Of a DNA stretch of 33,373 nucleotides, positions 1 through 12,220 are shown in pieces. Under the pieces are notes generated by a model. It searched no databases. It was not told the DNA's origin and saw nothing but the letters and a program-made list of their open reading frames with translations. Numbering within the stretch: position 1 is the stretch's first letter; every line of letters starts with the position of its first letter. The stretch spans positions 171,779,395 through 171,812,767 of the forward strand of contig NC_068982.1 in assembly GCF_001194135.2 (NCBI RefSeq), given 5' to 3'. The position numbers and the translations under genes were made by a program. This stretch comes from Octopus bimaculoides (taxonomy: Eukaryota).

Positions 1-917
1 ATGTGCGTGCGTGAGTGTGTGCGTGCGTGTGCATATGTCCATGGGTGCGTGCGTGTGTGTGTGCGTGTGTAAGAGAGAGTGGTGACTTGGATTGTTTATG
101 GGTGCGATAGTGTAGCCAAGTGTGAGAGTATTTTGTGTGCAGGCTCGTGTGTGTGTGTGTGTGTGTGTGTGTGATCGAACCGCAGAGGTAAGTATGTCTG
201 AGTATTTGCTCGCCTATGTACGCGCACCAATGGACTAATTTGAGAGTACATTTCCAGATTGTCAAGTCTTCATACTTCACCGCCCAACACCGAATGACTT
301 TAATAGATTAGTGTAGATTTAACTTTTTTTTCGTTAAATAATTTTCGATATCAGGGAGTACTATAAGAAGCAGCGTGTACTTTTTGGACATTCATAATGT
401 GCATAATTTGCTCGAAAGTACGTCTTAAACTTTATAACGACAGAGTCTTGCACAGCACCCACATGTACTTATGACAAGAAAAGATCAAAGTGATTGGTAG
501 AAGCATCAATCGGATGTTTCATATTAAAGTTTCCGTCTGCTACTCTTTACAAATCCCTGCAATCGCCATGACATTTGGTGGTTATAGTTCAATTTTCCAA
601 CTCCATTATGAATGTTCTGACTAGAGCTTGATTGCATCATACCCAAGTATTCGAGTACATAATCAGTACATTTTACACTTGACACATGCGTGTCAGAATA
701 GGGGCGTTGTTTAAATATGAGAAGTCATGTTATCCAGCATCGTATGCGACAAATTGGTCATGTCATCCATCCTGATGGTTCCAGTCTCCAAACCAATTAA
801 TGTATTGCAGATTAATTCTCGGTAAGCGCCCCAACCATAAACTAAAGGGATTTCATGAGATCCCAAAAGAAAACATCTTGTACTGAACAAAATAAAACCA
901 TCTTGTACCGAAAAAAA

Positions 918-1198
918 GCAAATGGCGGTCTATGATAAGGCGGTCAAACAACACTCAGTTTCAGAAAGATTGAACTGATTATTCTGCAGAGAAACATAGC
1001 TTTCGTGAACTGCCAGCTGTTGAATTTCTGTATGATAGGAGGTCCGGGTCCGGGGTGTGAAGTTTTTTTTCGCACGAGAGTTCCGGTCCCCAGTAATGAA
1101 CTCATTTGCATACAGCCAATCAGAGCTCACCTTGACAAGGTCAAGTTAACAAACACACTCTACCATGTAAACTCAAGACGAAGAACGGTGTTGTAAGT
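918..1198 (+). promoter_or_regulatory. Candidate Pol II promoter/enhancer motif cluster with a possible short first exon
   Basis: YY1-like AAATGGCGG 920-928; ETS-like GTTCCGGT 1080-1087; octamer ATTTGCAT 1104-1111; NF-Y box AGCCAATCAG 1114-1123; near-palindromic nuclear-receptor half-sites TCACCTTG-A-CAAGGTCA 1127-1143; 5' splice-site consensus GTAAGT 1193-1198. Motifs are seen directly; function is inferred. Confidence 0.4.
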
Positions 1199-1245
1199 CG
1201 ACCGATCGCCAAGTTATGCCTGATTTTAGGAGACAAGTAATTAGA

Positions 1246-1247
1246 TA

Positions 1248-1315
<68 letters not shown>

Positions 1316-1327
1316 TGTTGTTGTTGT
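1246..1327. repeat. (GTA)n-(GTT)n microsatellite
   Basis: Direct reading. Confidence 0.95.
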
Positions 1328-1666
1328 TTCAGTAGCAGTGCCAGTATATCTCTTTCTCACTAATATTCACCATTTTGTGTCCTTCTATAGCTCTTGGAGA
1401 GCAAGAAAATCACTGGGGCGAAGAGATTTGTGTTAAAAATGAACAGGAATAGCATAAATAAGGGGTCCGAAACTGAATCAAAAGAAGGTTTAGTTCGCTA
1501 GGTGTTAGCTTCCTCAGGTCGCCACTATGTTATTGTTTGATTTGGAAGTGAGATCTATGTTTAGCGGAAACAAATATAAAAATAAAGGCAAGCCTTAATG
1601 CTCATTTACCTTTTCCTCCTTACAGGAAATGCAAATGAAGCGACATAGCATGAACCAGGATTTGAA

Positions 1667-1804
1667 ACCGGGAACTTACCTTTTGTGTAGTAGTAGTGGA
1701 TGCCCATTGCTAGAAAACATTTGATCAACGTTGTGATCAGAGCTGGCCGAGGACTACTACTACTACTACTATTACTACTAATACACAAAAGGTAAGTTCC
1801 CGGT
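1667..1804. repeat. Fold-back structure: about 31-bp inverted arms enclosing a 56-bp copy of 2971-3026
   Basis: Left arm ACCGGGAACTTACCTTTTGTGTAGTAGTAGT (1667-1697) is the reverse complement of about 1774-1804 with one mismatch. A third copy of the arm core AGGTAAGTTCCCGGT lies at 1812-1826. Confidence 0.85.
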
Positions 1805-2970
1805 GTACAACAGGTAAGTTCCCGGTACACTTATCATTCTACTTTCAAATATCGCTGACGCGATCATTTTGTATTGCAAAAGAAAATTTATTACCACTTA
1901 CCTATTGCCATAGCTCTGCACGTACACCTGACACACATGAATATTATTTTACACATGTTTACGAATTCTCATTGAAGCATGTATTAAATAATGCACACGT
2001 CTAACCTGTAGCCGGCTTGAGGATGCTGGGAAAACTTAAAATTTATCGGATCCCCTACGTCGGATAGGAAGTTAAATCTCGTGTTGTACCGTTCCGCAGG
2101 GGAGCTGATAAATTCTAAGCACAAATTTAATACTACATTTTTCTACACGGGCAAATGGCCTCAGTTGCTCTAGGGTTGCAACTGTTTTGTCAGCTTACGT
2201 CGTGCACCATTCCACTTCTAAGTTATTTTATATTTTTATTTAATTTTTTAATTCAATTTTTTATTTTACTCATTGGTTCCTTTCTTCTAACAACAGCCAC
2301 AACAAAATGTATGGTTTTCGCATTGTTAACGAGCATAAAAATTATTTTAAGACGTTAGCAAGCAGTTGCTGATTAACCTGATCTCTTTTTCAAACTAATG
2401 TGTGCAGCAACAGCTTCATTTATAGTAGCAAAAGTAGTAACAACTGCAGCGAAAGTGGCAATGGTTTTGCAAAAGCGTGACTTCGTTTGAAATCAAACAA
2501 TAGAAGACGTTAATTGCTACAACAGCAACAGACACAAATCCAAACATATTGTGAAATAGATATGAGTAGATCTAATAAGGATGGGGCGAAAGTAGGAAAG
2601 GAAGAAAGAAAGGGAGAAAGAAACATCTCTGTATTGAAAATCCACTGTGTACTAAGTTATAAGTCAAAATAATTGATAACAGTTGCTGGGAGTTTTCAAA
2701 TAACTTTTATCATACTATCAAGGCGAATAGAGGGTGACCCCCACCACCCACCTAAAAGTGGCTTTCTCACACTGATTATTCTAACCACTTCACTGTTTTA
2801 CTTCCAACACTGAAAAAAGCCAAGAGGGTTTTTTTTTTCGTTTGGCCTGCTAGATATAGCAACAAGAATTCGTTTAAACCATACCTTACTGACTTCAAAA
2901 TGCTGTCGAAGGTGACGTTTTTGTAACGAAATATTACATAGTTACATAGTGCTAGAAAAAGAGAGAAATG

Positions 2971-3026
2971 GGATGTCCGTTGCTAGAAAACATTTGATCA
3001 ACGTTGTGATCAGAGCTGGCCGAGGA
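2971..3026 (+). repeat. 56-bp direct repeat of 1698-1753
   Basis: GGATGYCCRTTGCTAGAAAACATTTGATCAACGTTGTGATCAGAGCTGGCCGAGGA occurs at both sites, with 2 mismatches. Confidence 0.95.
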
Positions 3027-3410
3027 TTAAATGATAACAACAACGTTGATCACTGTTTCCATATTTAATTTTAATTTGAACGTCTAAATCCATGCTTTAC
3101 TCATTCACCCTAAGCTATTTCTTTAAACACACAAATAAAATAGCACTTTATCTTATCACTGCAGTTCAGTTGCATTATTTTACAACTGGCTTAGAGCGAG
3201 GGAAAAGCACTGGCTATGAACTTTCTTAAACTGATGAGATTAATGCAGTTTCTGTTCACTTCTAAATTTTGAAAGTCGATGTCTAGTGGTGATAGTCGGG
3301 TAAGAAATATACTTCATGTACGTTGAGGATCTTCGTAGGACCTCTTGTGGAAGAGGTTTCTTGCAGAATCTAACGTATGACAGGGGATAGAATTATGGGA
3401 GAAAGAGAGA

Positions 3411-3498
3411 CAACTACACCAGAATGGCAACTACATCAGAAAATTAACTACCTCAGAAAACAACTACATTAAAAAGGCAACTACATCGGAAAGCAACT
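3411..3498 (+). repeat. Degenerate 16-17-bp minisatellite, about 6 units
   Basis: Units caactacaccagaatgg / caactacatcagaaaat / taactacctcagaaaa / caactacattaaaaagg / caactacatcggaaag / caactaat. Confidence 0.8.
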
Positions 3499-4779
3499 AA
3501 TATCCAGTTTGCATTGATTTAAAAGTACATGGCATTCTGTAGTAAAGGAAGAGGTAGAGAAGGAGGGGGCAGTTATGTCATTAATGAATTGTAGAAACAA
3601 TAAGAAGATATAACCAAATCTTTGGATACAAGAGAATAGATAGTGTTTCAGAGCAAAGCACTGTCAGACATGCTGTAACATTGTGGCCTAAGAGGAAACT
3701 TCAAATCCAAGGAGTAGTAGACAGATGGAGTCCTCACTGATGTCAGTGTCGACAACATTGCTTCCGAAAAAGTTTTCAAGGGTGAAGCCTGCTATTTGCA
3801 ACAAGATGGTTTTGTTTATTTGAGAGTTAAATTAATTATTCAAGGATCCAATTATTCGGTGCCACATTACGAAGCACGTGAGTTCAATACAAGGCGGACT
3901 TGATTAGCAGCAATTGTACACCATCGTAGCCTGTATGATAAAGTCAGGTTGCAATTTACAGTTTCTGACAATGTTTTGATACATGCAGAAAAAATCTTAG
4001 ATTAACTGGAAAGTGCAGTGCTCATAAAAGCATCTTTAAAACTTGATCGGGACTTTATTTTATCAATCAATAAAGCCGAAGTTAACTACAGAGAAGATTC
4101 AGCTCAGAACTTAAAACAGTGTAGCTAAATTCTAAAAACGTATTGCATTTCCTGGAACTCAACTAATTCTACCATCTACTGCTATTCAAAGTTCTTCCCT
4201 CTCTATAAACGATAACCGACTTCTATAGCAATCAAAAAACTATGGTAAATATATAAATTAAATTTTCTCTTTTTGTTGTTGTTGTTGCTGCTGTTGTTGC
4301 TGTTGTTGTTGTTTTGCATTCTGTCTTTCTATAGTTACTGCAAATTACATCTGAAGCCTATTTAAAGAACTATTTACGACTGAATGTCGCGATCTTACAA
4401 CAGAAACAATAAACTAAATGAACAGCATTTTTCAAGTTCCCACTTAACCTGGATACTCCATTGGCTGCCTGCTGTGACTTTGCGCAAAGTCCTTCATCTT
4501 TGCTGCAGTTGATCTATGGTACTATGGCGTCTAAATAAAACTAAAAACGAAGTAAATAACGACAGCAACGGTTACAGCAACAACAATATCAATAGCAACA
4601 CCAGGAGCTCACATACATGCATACACGCACAAAGGAAGAAAGAAAGAAAACTACACATGTAATTCAAACAATGAGAAACATAAATCTCAGAGAGACATTA
4701 ATGATAATTCAAATTTTATTTCGAAACCGTAGATTCTTTCTGTTTGTTTTGCTGTTATACCTCTCGACTGGAAGAGGTT

Positions 4780-5280
4780 GAATTGTCGTGGCGTTTGCTG
4801 TTATTGTCGTTATTGTTCTTGTAGCAATTATGGTGCTTGTGATGGTGGTGATGGTGGTAATGGCGGCGGTGGCCGTGCGTGTGATGGTGGTGGTGGTGGT
4901 GGTTGTGGTTGTGGTGGTGGTGGTGGTGGTGGTGGTGGTGGTTGCGCNNNNNNNNNNNNNNNNNNNNNNNNNNNNNNNNNNNNNNNNNNNNNNNNNNNNN
5001 NNNNNNNNNNNNNNNNNNNNNNNNNNNNNNNNNNNNNNNNNNNNNNNNNNNNNNNNNNNNNNNNNNNNNNNNNNNNNNNNNNNNNNNNNNNNNNNNNNNN
5101 NNNNGAGGAGGAGGAGGAGGAGGAGGAGGAGGTGGAGAGGTGAAGTGGTCGTCACAGGAGGGTGAGTATCGGTGGTAGTGGTGGTGTTGGTTTTGGTGGT
5201 AATATTGAAACGGCCGATTTCTCTGCATTGGCTTTTGTTCTATTCTTACTGTTATTCTCGCTGCCATTGTTGCTATCACC

Positions 5281-5312
<32 letters not shown>

Positions 5313-5600
5313 TATTGATTATTATTAGTATTATTAGTAGTATTATCATTATTGTTGTTGTTGTTGTCGTTACAGTCGTTGACTGTAATTGTTGTTGTGC
5401 CTCATACGATCGTCGCTGCTCCTTCGTGTTAATACTGTCATTGCTTCAGTAGCTGTAAGAGATGATAATGACAATAAAGATGATAATGAGGAGGAGGAGG
5501 ATAATGAAGAGGAGGAGGAGAAGGAAGAGGGGAGGAGAAGAGAAGAAAGAGGAGGGAAGAGAAATAAGGAAGAGGAGGAAGAGGAGGCTGTTGCCTTGGG
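4780..5600. repeat. Compound trinucleotide low-complexity block, (GGT)/(GAG)/(ATC)/(GTT), containing the N-gap 4948-5104
   Basis: Direct reading; accounts for the overlapping poly-amino-acid ORFs. Confidence 0.9.
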
Positions 5601-5737
5601 TTTTGGCGCTGCTGTTACATGTATTGTGTTATGAAGGTGTTTTGTTCTCCGTGTGATGTGCCTGTGTGTGTGTGTGATAGAACTTACAGAATGTTGAGTT
5701 AAATAACTTTCAGATAATAGCATTTTTATATGTATGA

Positions 5738-5773
<36 letters not shown>

Positions 5774-5924
5774 TCGTGCTTGTATATGCGCGCGAGCGTG
5801 TAACGCTTATCAATTGTAGTAATAGGAACCCTGGTAGTAAAAACGAAGTGGATTGTGGTTTGGAATGGTTCCGACATGGTTCTAATAGTTCCATACCTCA
5901 AGTAATTACTGAGTCACTCTAATA

Positions 5925-6131
5925 TCCTTGCTTCTATAAGCACAAGAAATGACATTTCGGAGTCAAATTAATTACATCAACCCCAGTATTCGACTAGTAT
6001 TCATTTCATCGATCTCGAAAGGATGAAAGGCGAAGTCGACTTTGGCAGAATTAGAACTCAGAATGTAGAGCCAGAAGAAATGCCGCTACGCATTTTGTCC
6101 AGCCAGCTAACGATTCCGCCAGCTTACCACC
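5925..6131 (-). mobile_element. tRNA-derived SINE, family A, with a 19-bp TSD
   Basis: TTACTGAGTCACTCTAATA flanks both sides (5906-5924, 6132-6150). The minus strand starts AAGGTGGTAAGCTGGCGGAATCGTTAGC (A-box-like), has a B-box-like GAGTTCTAATTC, and carries the family core GCCTTTCATCCTTTCGAGATCGAT. Confidence 0.85.
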
Positions 6132-7894
6132 TTACTGAGTCACTCTAATACGACTCACTTTTAATTCTCATTTTTTTTTTCTCGAATCACAAAGACCTTA
6201 CACTTACGTGAAAAATAAAATAAAAATGGAATTGTGACGACCATGCCCATTTCGTGAACACTTGTAGTGATATTGTATGAAGTAGAGTGATACCCAGACG
6301 GGAATCGAAACTGCGACACAATCTGAGTTCCAAGTTATTATGAAAAGAATTGAGTCCAGCACCATATGGTGGCACATACAACATTGCAATTGTTTTATTA
6401 TCACAGCTATGACTGTTTTGTTACCGATATTGTTCCTGTTGGCTCCGCTACTACTGCTACTGTTGATGTTCGAGTCATTTGTTGTAGTTGCTTTTATTAG
6501 CCTCAATTGACAAAGTTCAGTAGATATATTATATTCTCTTGTGTTTGATTAACTCTAATAACTGATTCAATAACTGTCAACTTACTGCTAAATATACGAC
6601 TAGTTCGTACACACATGTATACATATGCATATGTTCGTTCACACAGTTGCAGAGTCTTATATTAAAGCATTATATTAGGAGACGTCAAACAAACTACATG
6701 ATAAAGACTAGGAAGAAGCAATTTTACTCAGAAAGACAGGTGTATTCCATCCATTAGCAATCATACATTAAAATGAAAATATACTCATTATATTTTATAT
6801 ATTTCTTCTTAAAGAGAGAATTACATAGGGTAGCTAGCGAGAACAGAAATATATACAAATTAATAAATAAACTGCAGGTACGTAGGGAAGATTTATTGAC
6901 TACCATACATAGTTAGCCAGTCTGGATGCGTAAAGCTCCATATACACGGTAAATAAAATCAAACATAGCATAGCTGTTGTTGTTGTTGTTGTTGTTGTTA
7001 CTGCTGGTGGTGGTGGTGGTGGTGGTGGTGGTTTCTTTGGTGGTTTCTTTGGTGGTGGTTTTGGTAATTGTTGTGCTGGTGTTTTAAAACTATCATCCAC
7101 CTTGGTCAATTAGATTTCCAGTCAACCTTATTTAGCCGTGACGATCCTGCAGTATGGTCCACACAATTTTCCTTGAATTATATTATCCAATGACATTTCT
7201 TTTCTTATGTGTTAAAGTTGTTGTATGTAATTTAATGGAGAATGAATATGCAAATGTATGGGCATGTGTCTATGTGGTTTGCGTTTGTGTGATCAAGGAT
7301 GGATAGATTGATTGATTGAAGTAGCCATTCTTTTAAAGATTTTACTGTAAATCATGGTGGTCTAGTTGTAAGTTTTCTGACAAGATGCTTTTCTTGTTTT
7401 ATGAAATTTTCATTGCAGCTTCTTAGAAGATGTAAAGTTCCTAACTATATCAACAATAGTGGTGTATGAAAACCTACAGTCTCATCTTCAGTATGTTGTG
7501 ATGTTGGTGTATGTTGTTACTTCGTTTTAGTAGTCAAGATTGGAGGGATGTGAAACTGCACAATAAACCAGTTAAAAACTATAAAATAGGCTATAGAAAG
7601 GCTATTATAACCCAGTATTCACGAATTTCTTTCCCCTTAACTCTCCAAAATGATTTACAGCAGCAAAGCCACCAGCCCCAGCAGAGCTAACAGCTCATTA
7701 TCATCAACATCATCATCACCAATATTATCTTCTTCCTTCTCCTCATCATCGTCATCATCATCATCAATAGCACCATCATCACCACCACTATCATTATCAT
7801 AAACTTCAGCTACAACAATAACATTCAAACCGACAACTGAAAATCCAAAAGTGGCAAAGACAGAGGAAAACGATCTAGTGTAAGAAAGCATTAA

Positions 7895-8065
7895 TCCACC
7901 TCAGTTTCGACATCAAGGTATCAGTTTTTCAATCAACTGATTTCCTAACCATCGAATTAGCATGTAAGTGGTTGAGTACACAACAGTAACGTGTGCTGTT
8001 AACGTAATTTAAGGCAGAATCACCAAGACACTGAGCGCAACAATGTCGTGCCTTTGAATGATAGG
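7895..8065 (-). mobile_element. Old diverged fragment of SINE family B (3' half)
   Basis: GAATTAGCATGTAAGTGGTTGAGTACACAACAGTAACGTGTGCTGTTAACGTA aligns to the reverse complement of the 3' half of the copies at 12629 and 13867. Confidence 0.6.
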
Positions 8066-8167
8066 TATTTTTATGTCTCAATACTAACCAGTGGCTGTGT
8101 GAGCTACGAAATCCTCGTCGCCACTGTTATGTCTCAAGCTACTGCTATCTGGCACCTTTGGATGATC

Positions 8168-8240
8168 TCTACTCAACCGCTACACAACTGCTACTCGACT
8201 GCTACTCGACTGCTACTCAACTGCTACTCAACACCTCTAC
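8168..8240 (+). repeat. 11-bp minisatellite (ACTGCTACTCR), about 6 units
   Basis: Direct reading. Confidence 0.85.
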
Positions 8241-8559
8241 CACGGCCAGACTACCTCTATTTATATGTCTTGGGAGATCCTACTTCTTCGCCTGGGGGCT
8301 TCGACACAACAGGTATACTCTCCTCTGGCATATTTCTAAGACGTTTCCGTCTATCCTATGTTACTCACAAGGCTTAGATCGACACGAAAAGACTCTTACA
8401 CGAGATACCATGAAGATGACCAAAGACGAATAGCTAACATCTTACCTACACAGCTATGAGGCGCTGGCAAACCATCTGATGCAACCCTCACTTAACTTAC
8501 AAGCAGCTACGCTGACAGTTTTGAAAAATTCTAAGGCACGGTACTTAGGTACCATGCCA

Positions 8560-8960
8560 TTTTGAATATGAACCCAATTTTCCCCAGACACGATTGGAAT
8601 GAAATTACAAGCAGACTACATTCATCACGCTCAATGTTTAAAACCAGATTATGCAACTGCTGTAGCCCATTTGCTTTCGTCTTCGATAATAAATGCTTGC
8701 AGAAAGATATCATCTACTTCACCAAGGCAGCAAAAAGGACCTATGAAAATACCACATCGGACTTACACCCAACGCATTTAAACAACGAAGCCGATACCTA
8801 AATTCATTCAGAAACAAAAAAGTATTCTTTATAACTGAAACTGGAAGAATAACTCCTTTCCCTAAACTTATAAAAGGAGTAGAAATTCTTATCGATTTTG
8901 TGCAACTAAAACTTTTGACATGAAGTTTGTAAAATCACCGCTCTTTAACAGAATTCGGAC
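8560..8960 (+). mobile_element. Decayed Penelope-like element, GIY-YIG endonuclease remnant
   Basis: Frame starting at 8562 gives LCNC...NKCLQKDIIY (C at 8652, Y at 8715). After a frameshift, 8753-8821 gives HIGLTPNAFKQRSRYLNSFRNKK. This matches the Penelope pattern CxC..KCL...IIY - YIGxTxxxFKxR...SF, including the position of the catalytic Arg. Confidence 0.6.
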
Positions 8961-9491
8961 GTATGTTTTTTTTGACTACAAAGAACATTAAGATTTTAAA
9001 CTTTTGGTATCTATAATACATTAGCTCATTTTAAAACAATAACATTTGAACTTTTGTATCCAATTCATTAGTCCGACTGGAATACTTGCTGGTGAGAAAC
9101 AACTATGTCAAAACACCGGCTGTTTGAGAATACCTTGTACGAATGAATCGAATGTTACGAATACACATATATCGTAAACGAGAATATATTTGGCAAAACA
9201 CAACAGCGATTAGCATATGCAAGTCGTCGACGCCAACTATTTCTATCTAAATAGTTTATGGATGTCATTATGCAATATAACTCCTGCGAAATGAACCATT
9301 TTAAGAATATGACAGATAATGTAGAACATTCATAGATGGCGTTTTAGTTATTTTATCACAAAAATTACTTTATTGATTTGAGAATACATACCTGAAGTCA
9401 GTAAAACAGTCATTAAAGTTTACATGGTTCATGAACGGTTTATGGCTTCTCACTTTTAACAGATTGTTACAAACGAAAGCAGCTATATTTG

Positions 9492-9524
<33 letters not shown>

Positions 9525-9552
9525 ATGTTTGTCTATCTGTCTATTTGTTTAT

Positions 9553-9812
9553 CAGTATATATCTAGTTCTCATCCGGGGTCCATACTGCCCTTGGAGGTC
9601 CATATAATATTACGTTGCTAAAACGAATCTACAATAAATAAGTTATACTTCCAAAATACACAAAATATTTTTTAAATTCCTTACACAATTGCTAATAATA
9701 TCTAATGATTAAAGCATATTATATTTTTTAAAGTTCGATTGATTACGAGTGTCCAACTGAGCAAAATAAGAATGAAATGGGTCCACGGACCTAAAATTGT
9801 TGAGAGCTACTG
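9553..9812. mobile_element. Probable hAT-type MITE (degenerate)
   Basis: Left end TAGTTCTCATCCGGGGTCCAT and right end GGGTCCACGGACCTAAAATTGTTGAGAGCTACTG resemble CAGTGGTTCTCAA-type hAT termini with GGGTCC subterminal motifs; an 8-bp TSD was not confirmed. Confidence 0.45.
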
Positions 9813-9997
9813 GTCTGTATATATATTAAACAAAATGAGATAACAAAGTCAAGGCTGTGAGTAGATTTCAGGTCATTTATATGGAAAAAGATACAGGTAT
9901 AGTCTTACAGCTGTTTTTTGGGATATTATGGATATCCCTACATCAGAGACGATATGAGATGGTTAAATTGAGGTAAATACTTGAGTTCGAAATAAGG

Positions 9998-9998
9998 A

Positions 9999-10057
<59 letters not shown>
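9998..10057. repeat. (ATT)n microsatellite
   Basis: Direct reading. Confidence 0.95.
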
Positions 10058-10062
<5 letters not shown>

Positions 10063-10215
10063 AAGGGTAAAAATACCTCTTGCCAAAGATGAAAGCGAAA
10101 GCTTCAAAATCCACCAATCCTACGATAAATACACACAAGAGTAATGCAATGAACACTTTAAAAAATAGGCCTACCTTCAGGATGGAATTTGAAGATAGTT
10201 TACATGCCCTAATAT

Positions 10216-10905
10216 NNNNNNNNNNNNNNNNNNNNNNNNNNNNNNNNNNNNNNNNNNNNNNNNNNNNNNNNNNNNNNNNNNNNNNNNNNNNNNNNNNNNN
10301 NNNNNNNNNNNNNNNNNNNNNNNNNNNNNNNNNNNNNNNNNNNNNNNNNNNNNNNNNNNNNNNNNNNNNNNNNNNNNNNNNNNNNNNNNNNNNNNNNNNN
10401 NNNNNNNNNNNNNNNNNNNNNNNNNNNNNNNNNNNNNNNNNNNNNNNNNNNNNNNNNNNNNNNNNNNNNNNNNNNNNNNNNNNNNNNNNNNNNNNNNNNN
10501 NNNNNNNNNNNNNNNNNNNNNNNNNNNNNNNNNNNNNNNNNNNNNNNNNNNNNNNNNNNNNNNNNNNNNNNNNNNNNNNNNNNNNNNNNNNNNNNNNNNN
10601 NNNNNNNNNNNNNNNNNNNNNNNNNNNNNNNNNNNNNNNNNNNNNNNNNNNNNNNNNNNNNNNNNNNNNNNNNNNNNNNNNNNNNNNNNNNNNNNNNNNN
10701 NNNNNNNNNNNNNNNNNNNNNNNNNNNNNNNNNNNNNNNNNNNNNNNNNNNNNNNNNNNNNNNNNNNNNNNNNNNNNNNNNNNNNNNNNNNNNNNNNNNN
10801 NNNNNNNNNNNNNNNNNNNNNNNNNNNNNNNNNNNNNNNNNNNNNNNNNNNNNNNNNNNNNNNNNNNNNNNNNNNNNNNNNNNNNNNNNNNNNNNNNNNN
10901 NNNNN
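10216..10905. other. Assembly gap (N run)
   Basis: Direct reading. Confidence 1.
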
Positions 10906-10971
10906 GAACTGTACACTTCTCATTTATTTGAATGGTTTACTATATGTGTGTGGAGGTATGTTTGTGTATAC

Positions 10972-10973
<2 letters not shown>

Positions 10974-11050
<77 letters not shown>
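10974..11050. repeat. (GATA)n microsatellite
   Basis: Direct reading. Confidence 0.95.
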
Positions 11051-11051
<1 letters not shown>

Positions 11052-11574
11052 TATTAGATATGCATATGCGCATGTATATATGTCATGGTATTTACAAAGC
11101 TAAATAATTGTAAGTGCCTATGTCAGAATGTATGCCTGGTTGAATCTATGCTATACGTGCTTTTTGCATTTATGGATCTGTATATGTCCGTTTCTCTCTT
11201 TCTGTCTTTCTGTCTCTCTCTATCTATCTATCTATCTACCTCCCTCTCTCTCCTTCTCAACATTTATTTATGTATATGTACATCCTGAGATAAACATTTC
11301 ATCAGAATCCTTGTAAGGATAGCTGATGAATATAACACAATAACAGGCCAGGTGACAAGAGTCAAACCCGTTGTGACACTGTTGACGTGACAGTACAGAA
11401 TGACATAGTGCAGTGAGATTTTCAGATTATCAGCTCACCGTTTCTAGCGAGGCGTCTCCAATGCACTACATTTTGATCTTCTTAGAATTTGCTTCCAAAT
11501 TCTGCCGTTGTCCGTTGTATTTTAGCCATGGGTTGAACATTGAGGATAGCAGTTTAGCAGTAGATATACATTAA

Positions 11575-11646
11575 GGATATATATATATATATAGGGAGAA
11601 AGAGAGAAAGGGAGAGAGAGATGCTATATATGAGTATGTATGTATG

Positions 11647-11722
<76 letters not shown>

Positions 11723-11880
11723 AATACATATATATGTATATATATATCATATTATATATTATATATATAGAATATATATTATATATTATACATAAATATA
11801 AGCATATGCATATATCATAAATATATACACGTACATATATACAGTTGAACATAATTATATATGTGCGTTTGTGTGCATAC

Positions 11881-11937
<57 letters not shown>

Positions 11938-12028
11938 GACTAACACAAAGATTTACTGATCTGTATATATGTATATACATACATACACATCTATATTTAT
12001 GCATGCGAACAAAGTTATATATCTGTAG

Positions 12029-12104
<76 letters not shown>

Positions 12105-12220
12105 ATAGATAGATAGATAGACGGACATGTATACGCAAACATATTCACACATATATATGCCTGTGTATATCTATACATGTATTATATCTATCTGTCTGTC
12201 TATCTATTTATCTACATAGC
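11575..12220. repeat. Compound (TA)n/(CA)n/(GA)n microsatellite block
   Basis: Direct reading. Confidence 0.95.

Noticed and set aside
1480-1525. Minus-strand CTGAGGA-A-GCTA-ACACC-TAGC-GAAC hammerhead-like motif
   Set aside because: GAAA is incomplete, and neither stem III nor stem I can be formed; at best a dead relic.
3411-3498. Regularly spaced short repeats suggesting a CRISPR-like array (also 8168-8240)
   Set aside because: The units are contiguous with no unique spacers, the context is eukaryotic and there are no cas genes; these are ordinary minisatellites.
3720-3905. About 60-codon open stretch (TDGVLTDV...GFVYLRVKLIIQG)
   Set aside because: Short, bounded by stops, with no start or splice support and no motif I can recognise with confidence.
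4709-5656. Many overlapping ORFs with poly-T/H/V/G/E tracts
   Set aside because: They are translations of trinucleotide microsatellites and an N-gap, open in several frames on both strands. The same applies to ORFs at 10.1-10.9, 11.6-12.2, 14.6-14.9, 16.5-17.2, 18.6-19.3, 22.4-23.6, 28.0-29.0 and 31.4-31.9 kb.
6146-6159. TAATACGACTCACT, the first 14 nt of the T7 promoter
   Set aside because: The ATAG continuation is missing, there is no other vector sequence, and part of the match lies inside a genuine SINE TSD. Treated as a chance match.
6900-7109. ORF with PKPPPKKPPKKPPPPP resembling a proline-rich protein
   Set aside because: It derives from (GGT)n/(GTT)n repeats with a few substitutions, uses a non-ATG start and has no supporting splice structure.
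7661-7879. 219-nt exon-like segment with a pyrimidine tract/AG and a GTAAGA donor
   Set aside because: All three + frames contain a stop codon, so it cannot be an internal coding exon, and the content is degenerate (TCA)n.
9075-9130. CTGGTGAG...TCAAAACACCGGC downstream of the Penelope remnant
   Set aside because: Both core boxes are mutated and there is no stem I pairing, so it cannot be supported as a ribozyme.
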